A stretch of 64,000 bases of DNA from Macrostomum lignano (taxonomy: Eukaryota), in contig NIVC01001482.1 in the NCBI GenBank assembly GCA_002269645.1, positions 217,006 through 281,005 of the forward strand, written 5' to 3'. Of the stretch, positions 9,828 through 22,000 are shown in pieces. The position numbers and the translations under genes are program-made. Every line of letters begins with the position of its first letter. Within the stretch, counting starts at the first letter, position 1. The notes under the pieces are model-generated. The model did no database searches, was not told the origin of the DNA, and worked only from the letters and a program-made list of their open reading frames with translations.

Positions 9828-10948
9828 TGGTTAATGTCTCTCGTGAGGTCTCAATTCTCAGTTGGTTAATGTCTCTCGTGAGGTCTCAATTCTCAGTTGG
9901 TTAATGTCTCTCGTGAGGTCTGAATTCTCAGTTGGTTAATGTCTCTCGTGAGGTCTCAATTCTCAGTTGGTTAATGTCTCTCGTGAGGTCTCAATTCTCA
10001 GTTGGTTAATGTCTCTCGTGAGGTCTCAATTCTCAGTTGGTTAATGTCTCTCGTGAGGTCTGAATTCTCAGTTGGTTAATGTCTCTCGTGAGGTCTCAAT
10101 TCTCAGTTGGTTAATGTCTCTCGTGAGGTCTCAATTCTCAGTTGGTTAATGTCTCTCGTGAGGTCTCAATTCTCAGTTGGTTAATGTCTCTCGTGAGGTC
10201 TGAATTCTCAGTTGGTTAATGTCTCTCGTGAGGTCTCAATTCTCAGTTGGTTAATGTCTCTCGTGAGGTCTCAATTCTCAGTTGGTTAATGTCTCTCGTG
10301 AGGTCTCAATTCTCGGTTGGTTAATGTCTCTCGTGAGGTCTCAATTCTCGGTTGGTTAATGTCTCTCGTGAGGTCTCAATTCTCAGTTGGTTAATGTCTC
10401 TCGTGAGGTCTCAATTCTCAGTTGGTTAATGTCTCTCGTGAGGTCTCAATTCTCAGTTGGTTAATGTCTCTCGTGAGGTCTCAATTCTCAGTTGGTTAAT
10501 GTCTCTCGTGAGGTCTGAATTCTCAGTTGGTTAATGTCTCTCGTGAGGTCTCAATTCTCAGTTGGTTAATGTCTCTCGTGAGGTCTCAATTCTCAGTTGG
10601 TTAATGTCTCTCGTGAGGTCTCAATTCTCGGTTGGTTAATGTCTCTCGTGAGGTCTCAATTCTCGGTTGGTTAATGTCTCTCGTGAGGTCTCAATTCTCA
10701 GTTGGTTAATGTCTCTCGTGAGGTCTCAATTCTCAGTTGGTTAATGTCTCTCGTGAGGTCTCAATTCTCAGTTGGTTAATGTCTCTCGTGAGGTCTCAAT
10801 TCTCAGTTGGTTAATGTCTCTCGTGAGGCCTCAATTCTCAGTTGGTTAATGTCTCTCGTGAGGTCTCAATTCTCAGTTGGTTAATGTCTCTCGTAAGGCC
10901 TCAATTCTCATTCTCAAGGCCTCAATTCTCATGTCTCTCGTGAGGTCT
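9828..10948. repeat. 35-bp tandem minisatellite (GTTGGTTAATGTCTCTCGTGAGGTCTCAATTCTCA)n between the convergent RBR2 and OGG1 genes
   Basis: About 31 head-to-tail units with no spacers. Confidence 0.97.
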
Positions 10949-11629
10949 GGTGCGGGGCTGCAGTGCATACTCTGCTGTCATTCGAAGTTGCTTAATTACA
11001 AGTATTTTTAGAATTCGAAGCTTGCATTTTACAGAGCTAGAAAGCTACAACTTTAGCATATTACGTATGAGCTAAATTTAGAAATCAAGTGTGCAGCTTT
11101 AATGATTTAGTACCTAGTCGTCTTTAAACTGTGGTTATCCATTTATGGTTTGCCATGTAAGTCTAAACAACTTAAAGAAAGTTGCTTCAAATCATTCTCT
11201 ATACACTTCAATAATCATACTGGATAGTACCCTGTCTGGATAATTTTTGCAATGCTTGATATTAGTAGGAGACACTGCTACAAGTTCAGTAACTCACTGT
11301 ACGATTTCATTTAACCAGTTTGGCTGTACCAATTAGTGATTACAGATGGCTCTAGTGCTGCACTGGATTCACGGGGCTGAGACAGACTTATGCGCCTTTT
11401 CGAGCTTGTGAAAGAATTATTGCTTTAGTTTCTTTGATGTTCTGCTAATATCCTTAGCTGTAATTTATTAATCTCTGTGTACTACTGCAAACCTAGAAGC
11501 ACCAGTAGTGTATTTCTTGCGCTATTGTAAAATAATAAAAACACATGTAATGCGGGTTTTTAATGGTAAAATTTTTAATCATACTAAACACGTTGCGATG
11601 CTACTTTACAGCTAAATAGCCAAATCCAA

Positions 11630-11635
11630 TTTATT
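11630..11635 (-). promoter_or_regulatory. Candidate OGG1 polyadenylation signal
   Basis: TTTATT on plus (AATAAA on minus), about 128 nt past the OGG1 stop. Confidence 0.4.
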
Positions 11636-11762
11636 TGCTACCGGCTTGCCTATAAAATCAATTTTTTTAACATATCCAAGTTGAAATGCAGAGCATTGCA
11701 AGCAGATTCAGTTCCATAGATGAAAAACGCATCAAGCACCACTGTAAGTAGTATGAGCTTCT

Positions 11763-13779
11763 TTATCTCTTGCGCTTTCTAGTTCCCTGTCCGGATTTAG
11801 CAGGAGGCCTTTCAGCTTCGAGCTTCTTCGATTCAACCTCGCCATCAGCGGCGGCGTCGGCAGGTGTCTCAGTCGATAATGACGCCGGCTTGACCTCATC
11901 AACAATGGCGGGCGACTTCAAATGCTGGAATCTGGCCAAGTCTGCAGCGAACAAGACGGTGTGCGCCCAGCCGGCGTGCGGCTGCCACAGGCTGGGGAAG
12001 AAGTCGCTAATTGATTGATAGGCCGACTCGGTCAGGCTCTTTGTGGAGGCTGGTAGGCCGTACAGGCTGCGAGCGATTCGCATCACGTGCACATCCACTG
12101 GCACCAGGTGCAGCTGGTCCAGCGACATCAGGCAGACGCAATCGGCCACTTTACGGCCAACCCCGGTGAATTCTTTGGTGAGGCAGCGTCGGATCTCGTC
12201 TGGCTGCGCCGAGCCGCGCAGGCTGTGCAGCCAATCGGCGCCGCCCAGGTCGAGCAGCCGCCTGGCGCTCTCGACTACAAATTTGGCGCGATAGCCGAAG
12301 CCCAACTCGCGGAGGCGCGGTTCCGCCTCTGGTGAGCACAGGGCCGACAGCTGCAGAGCGGCGGGGCGAGGCGCGAGGCATGCAACAGTGGAGCTGTTGG
12401 GGTGGTGGGTGCTGCTGCCCTGGATTCCTGCGACTGATGATGGGGTGGTGGGTGCTGTTGCCCTGGATTCCTGCGACTGATGATGGGGTGGTGGGTGCTG
12501 CTGCCCTGGATTCCCGCGACTGATGATGGGGTGGTGGGTGCTGCTGCCCTGGATTCCTGCGACTGATGATGGGGTGGTGGGTGCTGTTGCCCTGGATTCC
12601 TGCGACTGATGATGGGGTGGTGGGTGCTGCTGCCCTGGATTCCCGCGACTGATGATGGGGTGGTGGGTGCTGCTGCCCTGGATTCCTGCGACTGATGATG
12701 GGGTGGTGGGTGCTGCTGCCCTGGATTCCTAGGGCTGATAGGGTAGGCTATAACCTCCTAGATTCCCGGTGCTCACCTGGGGAAAGCCGTGGTACTCGCG
12801 GCCGTCAACAATGCAAATTTGCTGGCCAAAATGTTTGCACAATTTCTCAACCAGCTGACTAATCCGGGCAATATTGTTGTTAGACGAGCAGATGAAGCTG
12901 AATAAATTCTCCAGCGGTTGCTGACGTAACAGGCGCACGCGGACGTCAGGGAACTGGCTGCATACTGAGCGGAACACCGGGTCCGAAGCGCTCCAACCAG
13001 CGTACAGGCTCTCCAGGGTGGGACCGTTCAATCGGAGATAGTCCTCCAGCACCTGCTGGTCCGAGGCGGCGCTGGTGGATGGCGGATAGACCTGCGGATA
13101 GTAGGGGACAGGCGAATGCTGAGAATATGGGAGTCAGGGTGTGACTGTTTGATCAGGCTGGAGATCTGGGATTCCGCTAGCCGATGACTGGGGATCTGGG
13201 ATCTCAGGATTTTTTATCTTAGGATCTGAAATCTCAGTATCCGGAAACTCCGGATCTTTGATCTCAGGATCTCTGTTTGATCTCAGGAACTGGAATCGCG
13301 GGATCTGGGATCTCAGGATCTGGAATCTCACGATGAGATGGGATCTCACGATCTGGGATCTCACGATTTTTGATCTTAGGATCTCGAATCTCAGGATCTG
13401 GGACCTCAGGATCTGGGATCTCGGGATCTGGGATCTCGGATCTGGAAACCCAGGATCTGAAAGCTCAGGATCTGGAATCTCAGGATCTGGTATCTCAGGT
13501 TGCAACGAAAGATAAAATAGTCACTATCACATCACGACACACCTGAAACTCGATGCACGCCTCATTGGGCCGCCGCAGAAGCCACACCTTATCGGCGTGA
13601 ACCCCGGCCCAGTAGCCGTCCTGTTCCAGCTGGCGCCAGCGGAAGCTCTGCCCGCAGGCCAGAGTGACGCCAAGGTTCAGCTCGGAAGCCGGACAGGAGA
13701 GCGAGTGCCAGGCGTTGCCCGAGCTGGCAAAAACCTTCGGCGCAGCATCTGCCGCCGCCTTTTTCAGCTTTCTCAACAT
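11763..13779 (-). CDS. OGG1: 8-oxoguanine DNA glycosylase / AP lyase (HhH-GPD family), about 379 aa; exons 13779-13543, 13091-12777, 12350-11763
   Basis: N-terminal LNLGVTLACGQSFRW; RLLRQQPLENLFSFICSSNNNIARI; LRELGFGYRAKFV; HhH-GPD FTGVGRKVADCVCLMSLDQLHLVPVDVHV with catalytic Lys and Asp; AGWAHTVLFAADL; basic C-terminal RKRKR. Both introns are GT-AG, phase 0. Confidence 0.95.
12400..12730. repeat. 43-bp tandem minisatellite in OGG1 intron 2
   Basis: Unit CTGATGATGGGGTGGTGGGTGCTGCTGCCCTGGATTCCTGCGA, about 7.5 copies. Confidence 0.95.
13155..13500. repeat. Degenerate short-period GGATCT-type repeat in OGG1 intron 1
   Basis: Recurrent GGATCT/GAATCT units of 7-8 bp. Confidence 0.8.
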
Positions 13780-13866
13780 GCATTGGATTGATATGAGTCA
13801 GTGATAACACAGATACAACAATCGTAGTAATAATTCATCAATTTTTAGACGCATTTCAGACTATCT

Positions 13867-14240
13867 TTAGAACAAAAATCGATAGATTTCCCTTTGAACA
13901 ACCTAGAAGGCAGTCATTCGCTATGGTTTTCCGTGCTATTTTTAGAACCAAATCGATAGATTTCCCTTTACACAGCCCAGAAGGCAGTCCCACGCAAAGG
14001 TTTTCCGTGCTATTTTTAGAACCAAATCGATAGATTTCCCTTTACACAGCCCAGAAGGCAGTCCCACGCAAAGGTTTTTCGTGCTATTTTTAGAACCAAA
14101 TCAATGGATTTCCCTTTACACAACCTAGAAGGCAGTTCCTCACTAAGGTTTTCCGTGCTATTTTTAGAACCAAAATCGATAGATTTCCCTTTACACAGCC
14201 CGAAGGAAGCACTTCGCTATGGTTTCCCGGGTTATTTTTA
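13867..14240. repeat. 74-bp tandem repeat, about 5 copies, immediately upstream of OGG1
   Basis: TTTAGAACC(A)AAATCGATAGATTTCCCTTT recurs at about 74-bp spacing (e.g. 13941, 14015). Confidence 0.9.
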
Positions 14241-14999
14241 GAACAAGAAATTCTCACTTTTCAGTGATATTTTTTCTTTAATTATGCAATTTTTTACACT
14301 TTTGCAAGCGATTTTTTTGCAGGGAATTCCCTTAAAATCTTTACGAACTAGGCAAGATGGCCCCTCAAAACTGTTAAGTACCTGCTGACAACCTAATAAT
14401 AAATGAATGAGTAAATAACAAGACAAAAGACTGACCAATTATGTCAAACTGCAAAGAATTCTTAAAGAAATGACAGTTGAAAGAAATGACTCAATAGAAA
14501 AAGCACAAAAGATTTTCAAGTTTTTTAATCATAAATAATATACATTATTGCAAATTTGTTGAACAAGAACTGTACTGGTTTCTATACTCAAGTTTTAGTA
14601 GTCTATTTAGCAAATGTGCGCTTATCTATAATTGCGCAAATAACAATGAATTAGGCGTGTATTGATAGAACAGCCATCATTAGGGATTGCTTTTAGAATT
14701 TAAAATAGGAGATAACGGAAACAAAGAGAGGAATCTGAAACATCTTTGGCTGCTAATATGAAATAGGGGCACTTTGGATTTGCCAAAAGCTTTGTTATAA
14801 ACAATGTAATAGATAAAGCTTACTGCTATGAGGTACGTACTGCAATATTGCAAAATCTATCGGAACACGAGATTCTAACATTCAGTTATCAATATCGAAT
14901 GATGAAGCGTCGCTCAGCCAGGAGGCAGCATTTCGGATCTGTATGGGTCAAAAGTTTGAAGATTCTGGGAAACATTTCTGAAACCTCTAGATCGATATT

Positions 15000-16916
15000 T
15001 TTAACACCTGTAGATCGTGATTGCTTAACCTGTAGATATCAGGATTGCTTAACCTCTAGAGATCAGGATTGCTTAACCTCTAGATATCAGGATTGCTTAA
15101 CCTCTAGATATCAGGATTGTTTAACCTCTAGATATCAGGATTGTTTAACCTCTAGATATCAGGATTGCTTAACCTCTAGATATCAGGATTGCTTAACCTC
15201 TAGATATCAGGATTGCTTAACCTCTAGATATCAGGATTGTTTAACCTGTAGATATCAGGATTGTTTAACCTCTAGATATCAGGATTGCTTAACCTCTAGA
15301 TATCAGGATTGTTTAACCTGTAGATATCAGGATTGCTTAACCTCTAGAGATCAGGATTGCTTAACCTCTAGATATCAGGATTGTTTAACCTCTAGATATC
15401 AGGATTGCTTAACCTCTAGATATCAGGATTGCTTAACCTCTAGATATCAGGATTGCTTAACCTCTAGATATCAGGATTGTTTAACCTGTAGATATCAGGA
15501 TTGCTTAACCTCTAGATATCAGGATTGCTTAACCTCTAGATATCAGGATTGTTTAACCTGTAGATATCAGGATTGCTTAACCTCTAGAGATCAGGATTGC
15601 TTAACCTCTAGATATCAGGATTGTTTAACCTCTAGATATCAGGATTGCTTAACCTCTAGAGATCAGGATTGCTTAACCTCTAGAGATCAGGATTGCTTAA
15701 CTTCTAGATGCCAGGATTGTTTAACCTCTAGAGATCAGGATTGCTTAACCTCTAGAGATCAGGATTGCTTAACCTCTAGATATCAGGATTGTTTAACCTC
15801 TAGATATCAGGATTGCTTAACCTCTAGATATCAGGATTGTTTAACCTGTAGATATCAGGATTGCTTAACCTCTAGAGATCAGGATTGTTTAACCTGTAGA
15901 TATCAGGATTGTTTAACCTCTAGATATCAGGATTGCTTAACCTCTAGGATTGCTTAACCTGTAGATATCAGGATTGCTTAACCTCTAGAGATCAGGATTG
16001 CTTAACCTCTAGATATCAGGATTGCTTAACCTCTAGATATCAGGATTGTTTAACCTGTAGATATCAGGATTGCTTAACCTCTAGAGATCAGGATTGCTTA
16101 ACCTCTAGATATCAGGATTGCTTAACCTCTAGATATCAGGATTGCTTAACCTCTAGATATCAGGATTGCTTAACCTGTAGATATCAGGATTGCTTAACCT
16201 GTAGATATCAGGATTGCTTAACCTCTAGATATCAGGATTGCTTAACCTCTAGATATCAGGATTGCTTAACCTCTAGATATCAGGATTGCTTAACCTCTAG
16301 ATATCAGGATTGTTTAACCTGTAGATATCAGGATTGCTTAACCTCTAGAGATCAGGATTGCTTAACCTCTAGATATCAGGATTGCTTAACCTCTAGAGAT
16401 CAGGATTGCTTAACCTCTAGAGATCAGGATTGCTTAACTTCTAGATGCCAGGATTGTTTAACCTCTAGAGATCAGGATTGCTTAACCTCTAGAGATCAGG
16501 ATTGCTTAACCTCTAGATATCAGGATTGTTTAACCTCTAGATATCAGGATTGTTTAACCTCTAGAGATCAGGATTGCTTAACTTCTAGATGCCAGGATTG
16601 CTTAACCTCTAGATATCAGGATTGCTTAACCTCTAGGATTGCTTAACCTGTAGATATCAGGATTGCTTAACCTCTAGAGATCAGGATTGCTTAACTTCTA
16701 GATGCCAGGATTGTTTAACCTCTAGAGATCAGGATTGCTTAACCTCTAGAGATCAGGATTGCTTAACCTCTAGAGATCAGGATTGCTTAACCTCTAGAGA
16801 TCAGGATTGCTTAACCTCTAGAGATCAGGATTGCTTAACCTCTAGAGATCAGGATTGCTTAACCTCTAGAGATCAGGATTGTTTAACCTGTAGAGATCAG
16901 GATTGCTTAACCTCAA
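15000..16916. repeat. 24-bp tandem minisatellite (AGATATCAGGATTGCTTAACCTCT)n, about 80 copies
   Basis: Direct reading; explains the CLTSRYQD ORF. Confidence 0.97.
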
Positions 16917-17740
16917 GATTGCTATTTTGAAAAGAACAAATAAACCATTAAATTGTTTTCATTCGCTAAATAAGGAAGCTAAAAAACATATCTGAATATT
17001 GGGGATTAACATTTATCAATAACAAATATTAGCTCAGCAATGTGTAACTACATGAAGCAGTGGGCAAACACGAAGGAACAGTGTAAATTATTCTAACAAA
17101 AATGCACCATTCGGTCTAACATTTGTACTAAACTCAAAGTTTTTCTTTATAATATCCAGCTTCCTTACCTTACAAGATAATTCTTATATAGTGAACTACA
17201 ATTGCCAATTATTAAATTGATCTCAATCTCAATAAAGCATCAGTCAAAGTCCATCAGCTGTGGGGAATGTCAAATTTTGATTGATGCTATCTACATCTCA
17301 AAACATAATAAATTTAGATACAGAAACACAATATAAGAGCGTACTAATGACAAGGGCATTGATCATGCAACACTAACAAGCGGATGTACAGGGAGACAAT
17401 CCATCCTGCTATCCAAATACTTATACAAAATATTAGAAAACATAATTTATATCAAATAGGGGTTGACTGAACCAATTTGACAAGCCTAATACATGCAAAA
17501 CTGTTCACGTCGATTGTAAACTTTTAAATTATTACTACAAATAACAATATATAACATGATAATTAATATTATTATCAATAATTTTAGAGGTTAACAAACA
17601 AAACAAGTCTGCAGAGCAGTCGCAAAGTTAGACTGTGAAATAAGTTAGCAGAATGTTTAAAGAACAAAAACTAAGGAATCACCAAGCTCGACGTAGATAA
17701 GAATGAGCGAACTGTGCAACCGTGAATGCGGGAACCGTGA

Positions 17741-17744
<4 letters not shown>

Positions 17745-17775
<31 letters not shown>

Positions 17776-17777
17776 AC

Positions 17778-17853
<76 letters not shown>

Positions 17854-17882
17854 AAACGACAGACAGACAGACAGACAGACAC

Positions 17883-17929
<47 letters not shown>

Positions 17930-17956
17930 CACAGACAGAGAGACAGACAGACAGAC

Positions 17957-17987
<31 letters not shown>

Positions 17988-17988
17988 C

Positions 17989-18039
<51 letters not shown>

Positions 18040-18072
18040 CACAGACAGACAGACAGACACACAGACAGACAC

Positions 18073-18135
<63 letters not shown>

Positions 18136-18158
18136 CACAGACAGATAGACACACAGAC

Positions 18159-18197
<39 letters not shown>
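17745..18197. repeat. (GACA)n microsatellite
   Basis: Direct reading. Confidence 0.98.
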
Positions 18198-19044
18198 CAG
18201 ACAAGCAATAAAAACAGTGAGTCAAGTAGGAGGGAAAGACGCAGTTCTCAAGCAGTACACAGCAGACACAGAGCAGGAGCAAAAATACTTATTATCAGTA
18301 GTCGCCTCTCTTCTACAATATTGGAAGTGCCGCAGGCTAAGGCAGCGTAGGACATCGACAAAAATCAGTCGCTCACTTCGGCTCCTTCCTCAGCATCTGC
18401 TGGTAGTACAGCGGCCTCTGAAAAGATTAATTTTAGACAGAGGAGGTCGTTAGAGAGACAAATAATTGCCAAATTTATGGCTACTTTTATAAGCTATGAA
18501 ATTCATCACTACTCATTGTAGCTTCAATTGCCACCGCAATGAATTAATTTATCAACTGCACAAAAAAACAAATCAAGTATTAAATCGCTTTACTACTTAT
18601 TAACAGTAGTTATAGCCCTATTTAACAGTTAAAATTTAACTTGCCACTGTTACAGCGGCAATCAAAATCTGATTAAGAATTGATTGAATCAGACGCTACC
18701 AGTACACAAATCAAGGTCATTCGAATCCAATGCTATATACATAGTATTATATATTATTACTAATAGCTTCAATTCCGACGACCATAGCAAAGTGACATAA
18801 CCGATTTGCGCGACTTTGCTAATCCGGATTTTCGTTTCTGGCGACGACAAAAAAGTTGAAGAGAGAATAAAACTTGATAAGTGGATAATGATCACGCACC
18901 CATGTTATTAAGCACTCTATTGTTAGCGAACGGCCCAGTATTAGACTCATTAATTAGAAACATAATGAGAAGTTATTTAGCACGAGCTCTAAAACACACT
19001 CAAAGTTAGAACACTAATGATTGTTGACTGCATCACTAACTATA

Positions 19045-22000
19045 TTAACAATAACTGTTGTCTCCATTTTCTGATTGAGAATCCGGATTAACAACATCAT
19101 CTGACTGTTGTTGTTGTTGCTTTTGCTGCTGTTGTTGCTGCTTCCAGAAGGCAGACGAGCGAGCGGCGGCGGCGGCTCCACGCCCGCCTCTTGCTCCGCC
19201 TCGTCGGCTCCGTTTCCACGTGTGCTGATGCTGATGGCGCTGTAAAGCAGTGCGCTACTGTGCGAGCAACAGTGTCTATGGGGTGAAGCTGGACACTGAG
19301 GATTCGAGCATCTGAAGCATCTGAGCACTTCCTGACCGATGCTTCAGGATTGGCTACTCCCTAACCAGATGCTTCAGGATTGGCTACTCCCTAACCAGAT
19401 GTTTCAGTATTGGCTACTCCCTAACCAGATGCTTCAGGATTGGCTACTCCCTAACCAGATGTTTCAGGATTGGCTACTCCCTAACCAGATGTTTCAGTAT
19501 TGGCTACTCCCTAACCAGATGCTTCAGGATTGGCTACTTCCTAACCAGATGCTTCAGGATTGGCTACTCCCTAACCAGATGCTTCAGTATTGGCTACTCC
19601 CTAACCAGATGCTTCAGGATTGGCTACTTCCTAACCAGATGCTTCAGGATTGGCTACTCCCTAACCAGATGTTTCAGGATTGGCTACTCCCTAACCAGAT
19701 GCTTCAGTATTGGCTACTCCCTAACCAGATGCTTCAGGATTGGCTACTTCCTAACCAGATGCTTCAGGATTGGCTACTCCCTAACCAGATGCTTCAGGAT
19801 TGGCTAAAATGATGCTTCAGCATTGGCTACTTCCTAACCAGATGCTTCAGGATTGGCTAAAATGATGCTTCAGCATTGGCTACTTCCTAACCAGATGCTT
19901 CAGGATTGGCTAAAATGATGCTACCCATTACAGTTGAAGAGAAACCTACATGCACAGAACCGGCAGCAGAGGAGGCTCCGGCTCGCTGCATCGACTGCTG
20001 CTGCTGCTGCTGCTGCAACTGTGGAATGCCATGCAGACTGTACGGATGATGCTGCAAGTGCATTGGCGCCATCATGCCGGCCTGGTTGGCTGCGGCAAAC
20101 TGCTGCTGCTGCTGCTGGTGATGCCGCTGCTGATTCAAGTAAGCGGCGGCTGCAGCGGCGGCAGCGGCCGAATGCGACTGCTGCGGCTGCGGAGGCGGGC
20201 TGGCCACCAAAGGCGCCGGAGGACTGACAACATACCTGCGAGTCTTCTCCATCTCTAGATCCTCCAGCTGCTGGGTGAGCGCCAGTTTCTGTTGGATAGC
20301 CATTCGCAGCAGGGAATTAAGCGTCTTCTTCTCCTCTTCGGCGGCCTGCACCTGACGCTGCAGTTCGTCCATCTGGGTGACGTACTCCTCGCAGCGCTGA
20401 GCAAACATCGCCCGCAGGCTGGCAAACGTGGCGGCGTCTTCTTTTAAAGCGCGAAGTTCGCCGCGCAGTTTGAGCATAGTATCAGTTACTAGGCACTTCT
20501 CGTTCTCGTATTTCTGTTTGAGATTGGCCAGCGCCACCTCCGCTGTGTTCTTATTGGTCTTGAGCACGCCTCGCAGAGCGGCAATCTGCTCTCGCTTGGC
20601 TAGCAGCACCGCCCGCAGCTTGGCATTCTGATCCCGCAGCTCCGCCATGTGCTCTGCCTCCGCTTCGCTGCCAACGTCGCCGCCGCCGTGTTCGCCGACG
20701 CCGCCGTTGCCACCGTCGCTGTTGGAGCTGCTTCTCCGTTCCAGCGCTTCAGCAAGATGTCGACGCAACAGACGGAGCAGGTCGCACTGCCGCTGCTGCT
20801 CCTGGGCCAGCTGTTCGGCCGCGTCCGCTGCCGTTGTGGCCGCCGCCACGGTGCCGGCATTGTCGACGTCTTCGTTTGTTGGCGTCGTTGGCGCCTCGTC
20901 GGCTGGGACCGAAGCTTCGAGACTCGGCTGCAGAAGGGAAGAAGGCAATGCAATAATCATTTCTCAGGTGGCGAAATCACACTTGAGATATCAGACACTC
21001 AAACAGAGAAATCACTAACAGGATCTCTAATATCAATAGAATCTTGATAATCATCATTCCAGCCGGGGAAATCACTAATAGAACCTAGATAATCATCATT
21101 CCAGTCGGAGAAATCACTAATAGAACTTAGATAATCATCATTCCAGTCGGAGAAATCACTAATAGAACCTAGATAATCATCATTCCAGTCGGAGAAATCA
21201 CTAATAGAACCTAGATAATCATCATTCCAGTCGGAGAAATCACTAATAGAACCTAGATAATCATCATTCCAGTCGGGGAAATCACTAATAGAACCTAGAT
21301 AATCATCATTCCAGTCGGAGATATCACTAATAGAACCCAGATAATCATCATTCCAGTCGGAGAAATCACTAATAGAACTTAGATAATCATCATTCCAGTC
21401 GGAGAAATCACTAATAGAACTTAGATAATCATCATTCCAGTCGGAGAAATCACTAATAGAACCCAGATAATCATCATTCCAGTCGGGGAAATCACTAATA
21501 GAACCCAGATAATCATCATTCCAGCCGGGGAAATCACTAATAGAACCTAGATAATCATCATTCCAGTCGGAGAAATCACTAATAGAACCTAGATAATCAT
21601 CATTCCAGTCGGAGAAATCACTAATAGAACCTAGATAATCATCATTCCAGTCGGAGAAATCACTAATAGAACCCAGATAATCATCATTCCAGTCGGAGAA
21701 ATCACTAATAGAACCTAGATAATCATCATTCCAGTCGGAGAAATCACTAATAGAACCTAGATAATCATCATTCCAGTCGGGAAACTCAGCAAGCCACTCA
21801 CCAAGCAAGCCGAGGCCAGTTCACCCAATCGTTTAGCAGGCTCTGCGCTATCCCTGGCGCAAGCGGCCACGTAGTCTTGCGCCAATTCAGTCAGCAGCCT
21901 GGCGCCTTCGACAAAACCGGCGCGCAAGCGACTGGCCGCAGCGGCGGCGCGTTTATCAGCGGCGCCAAGGCGATCGCGCAGATTGGCGGCTGCGCTCTCC

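Noticed and set aside
9828-10948. 35-bp repeats of CRISPR-like length
   Set aside because: Units are directly head-to-tail with no unique spacers, there are no cas genes, and the context is eukaryotic.
14848-15957. 369-aa Cys-rich CLTSRYQD repeat protein
   Set aside because: It starts at TTG, runs through a 24-bp satellite, and the array continues well past the stop.
17657-18453. SVCL / RQTD repeat ORFs (likewise 23082-24281, 41481-42014, 45590-46223, 57890-59274)
   Set aside because: Microsatellite translations.
19339-21808. [10 protein letters not shown] and [14 protein letters not shown] repeat ORFs
   Set aside because: Intronic minisatellites within BicD.
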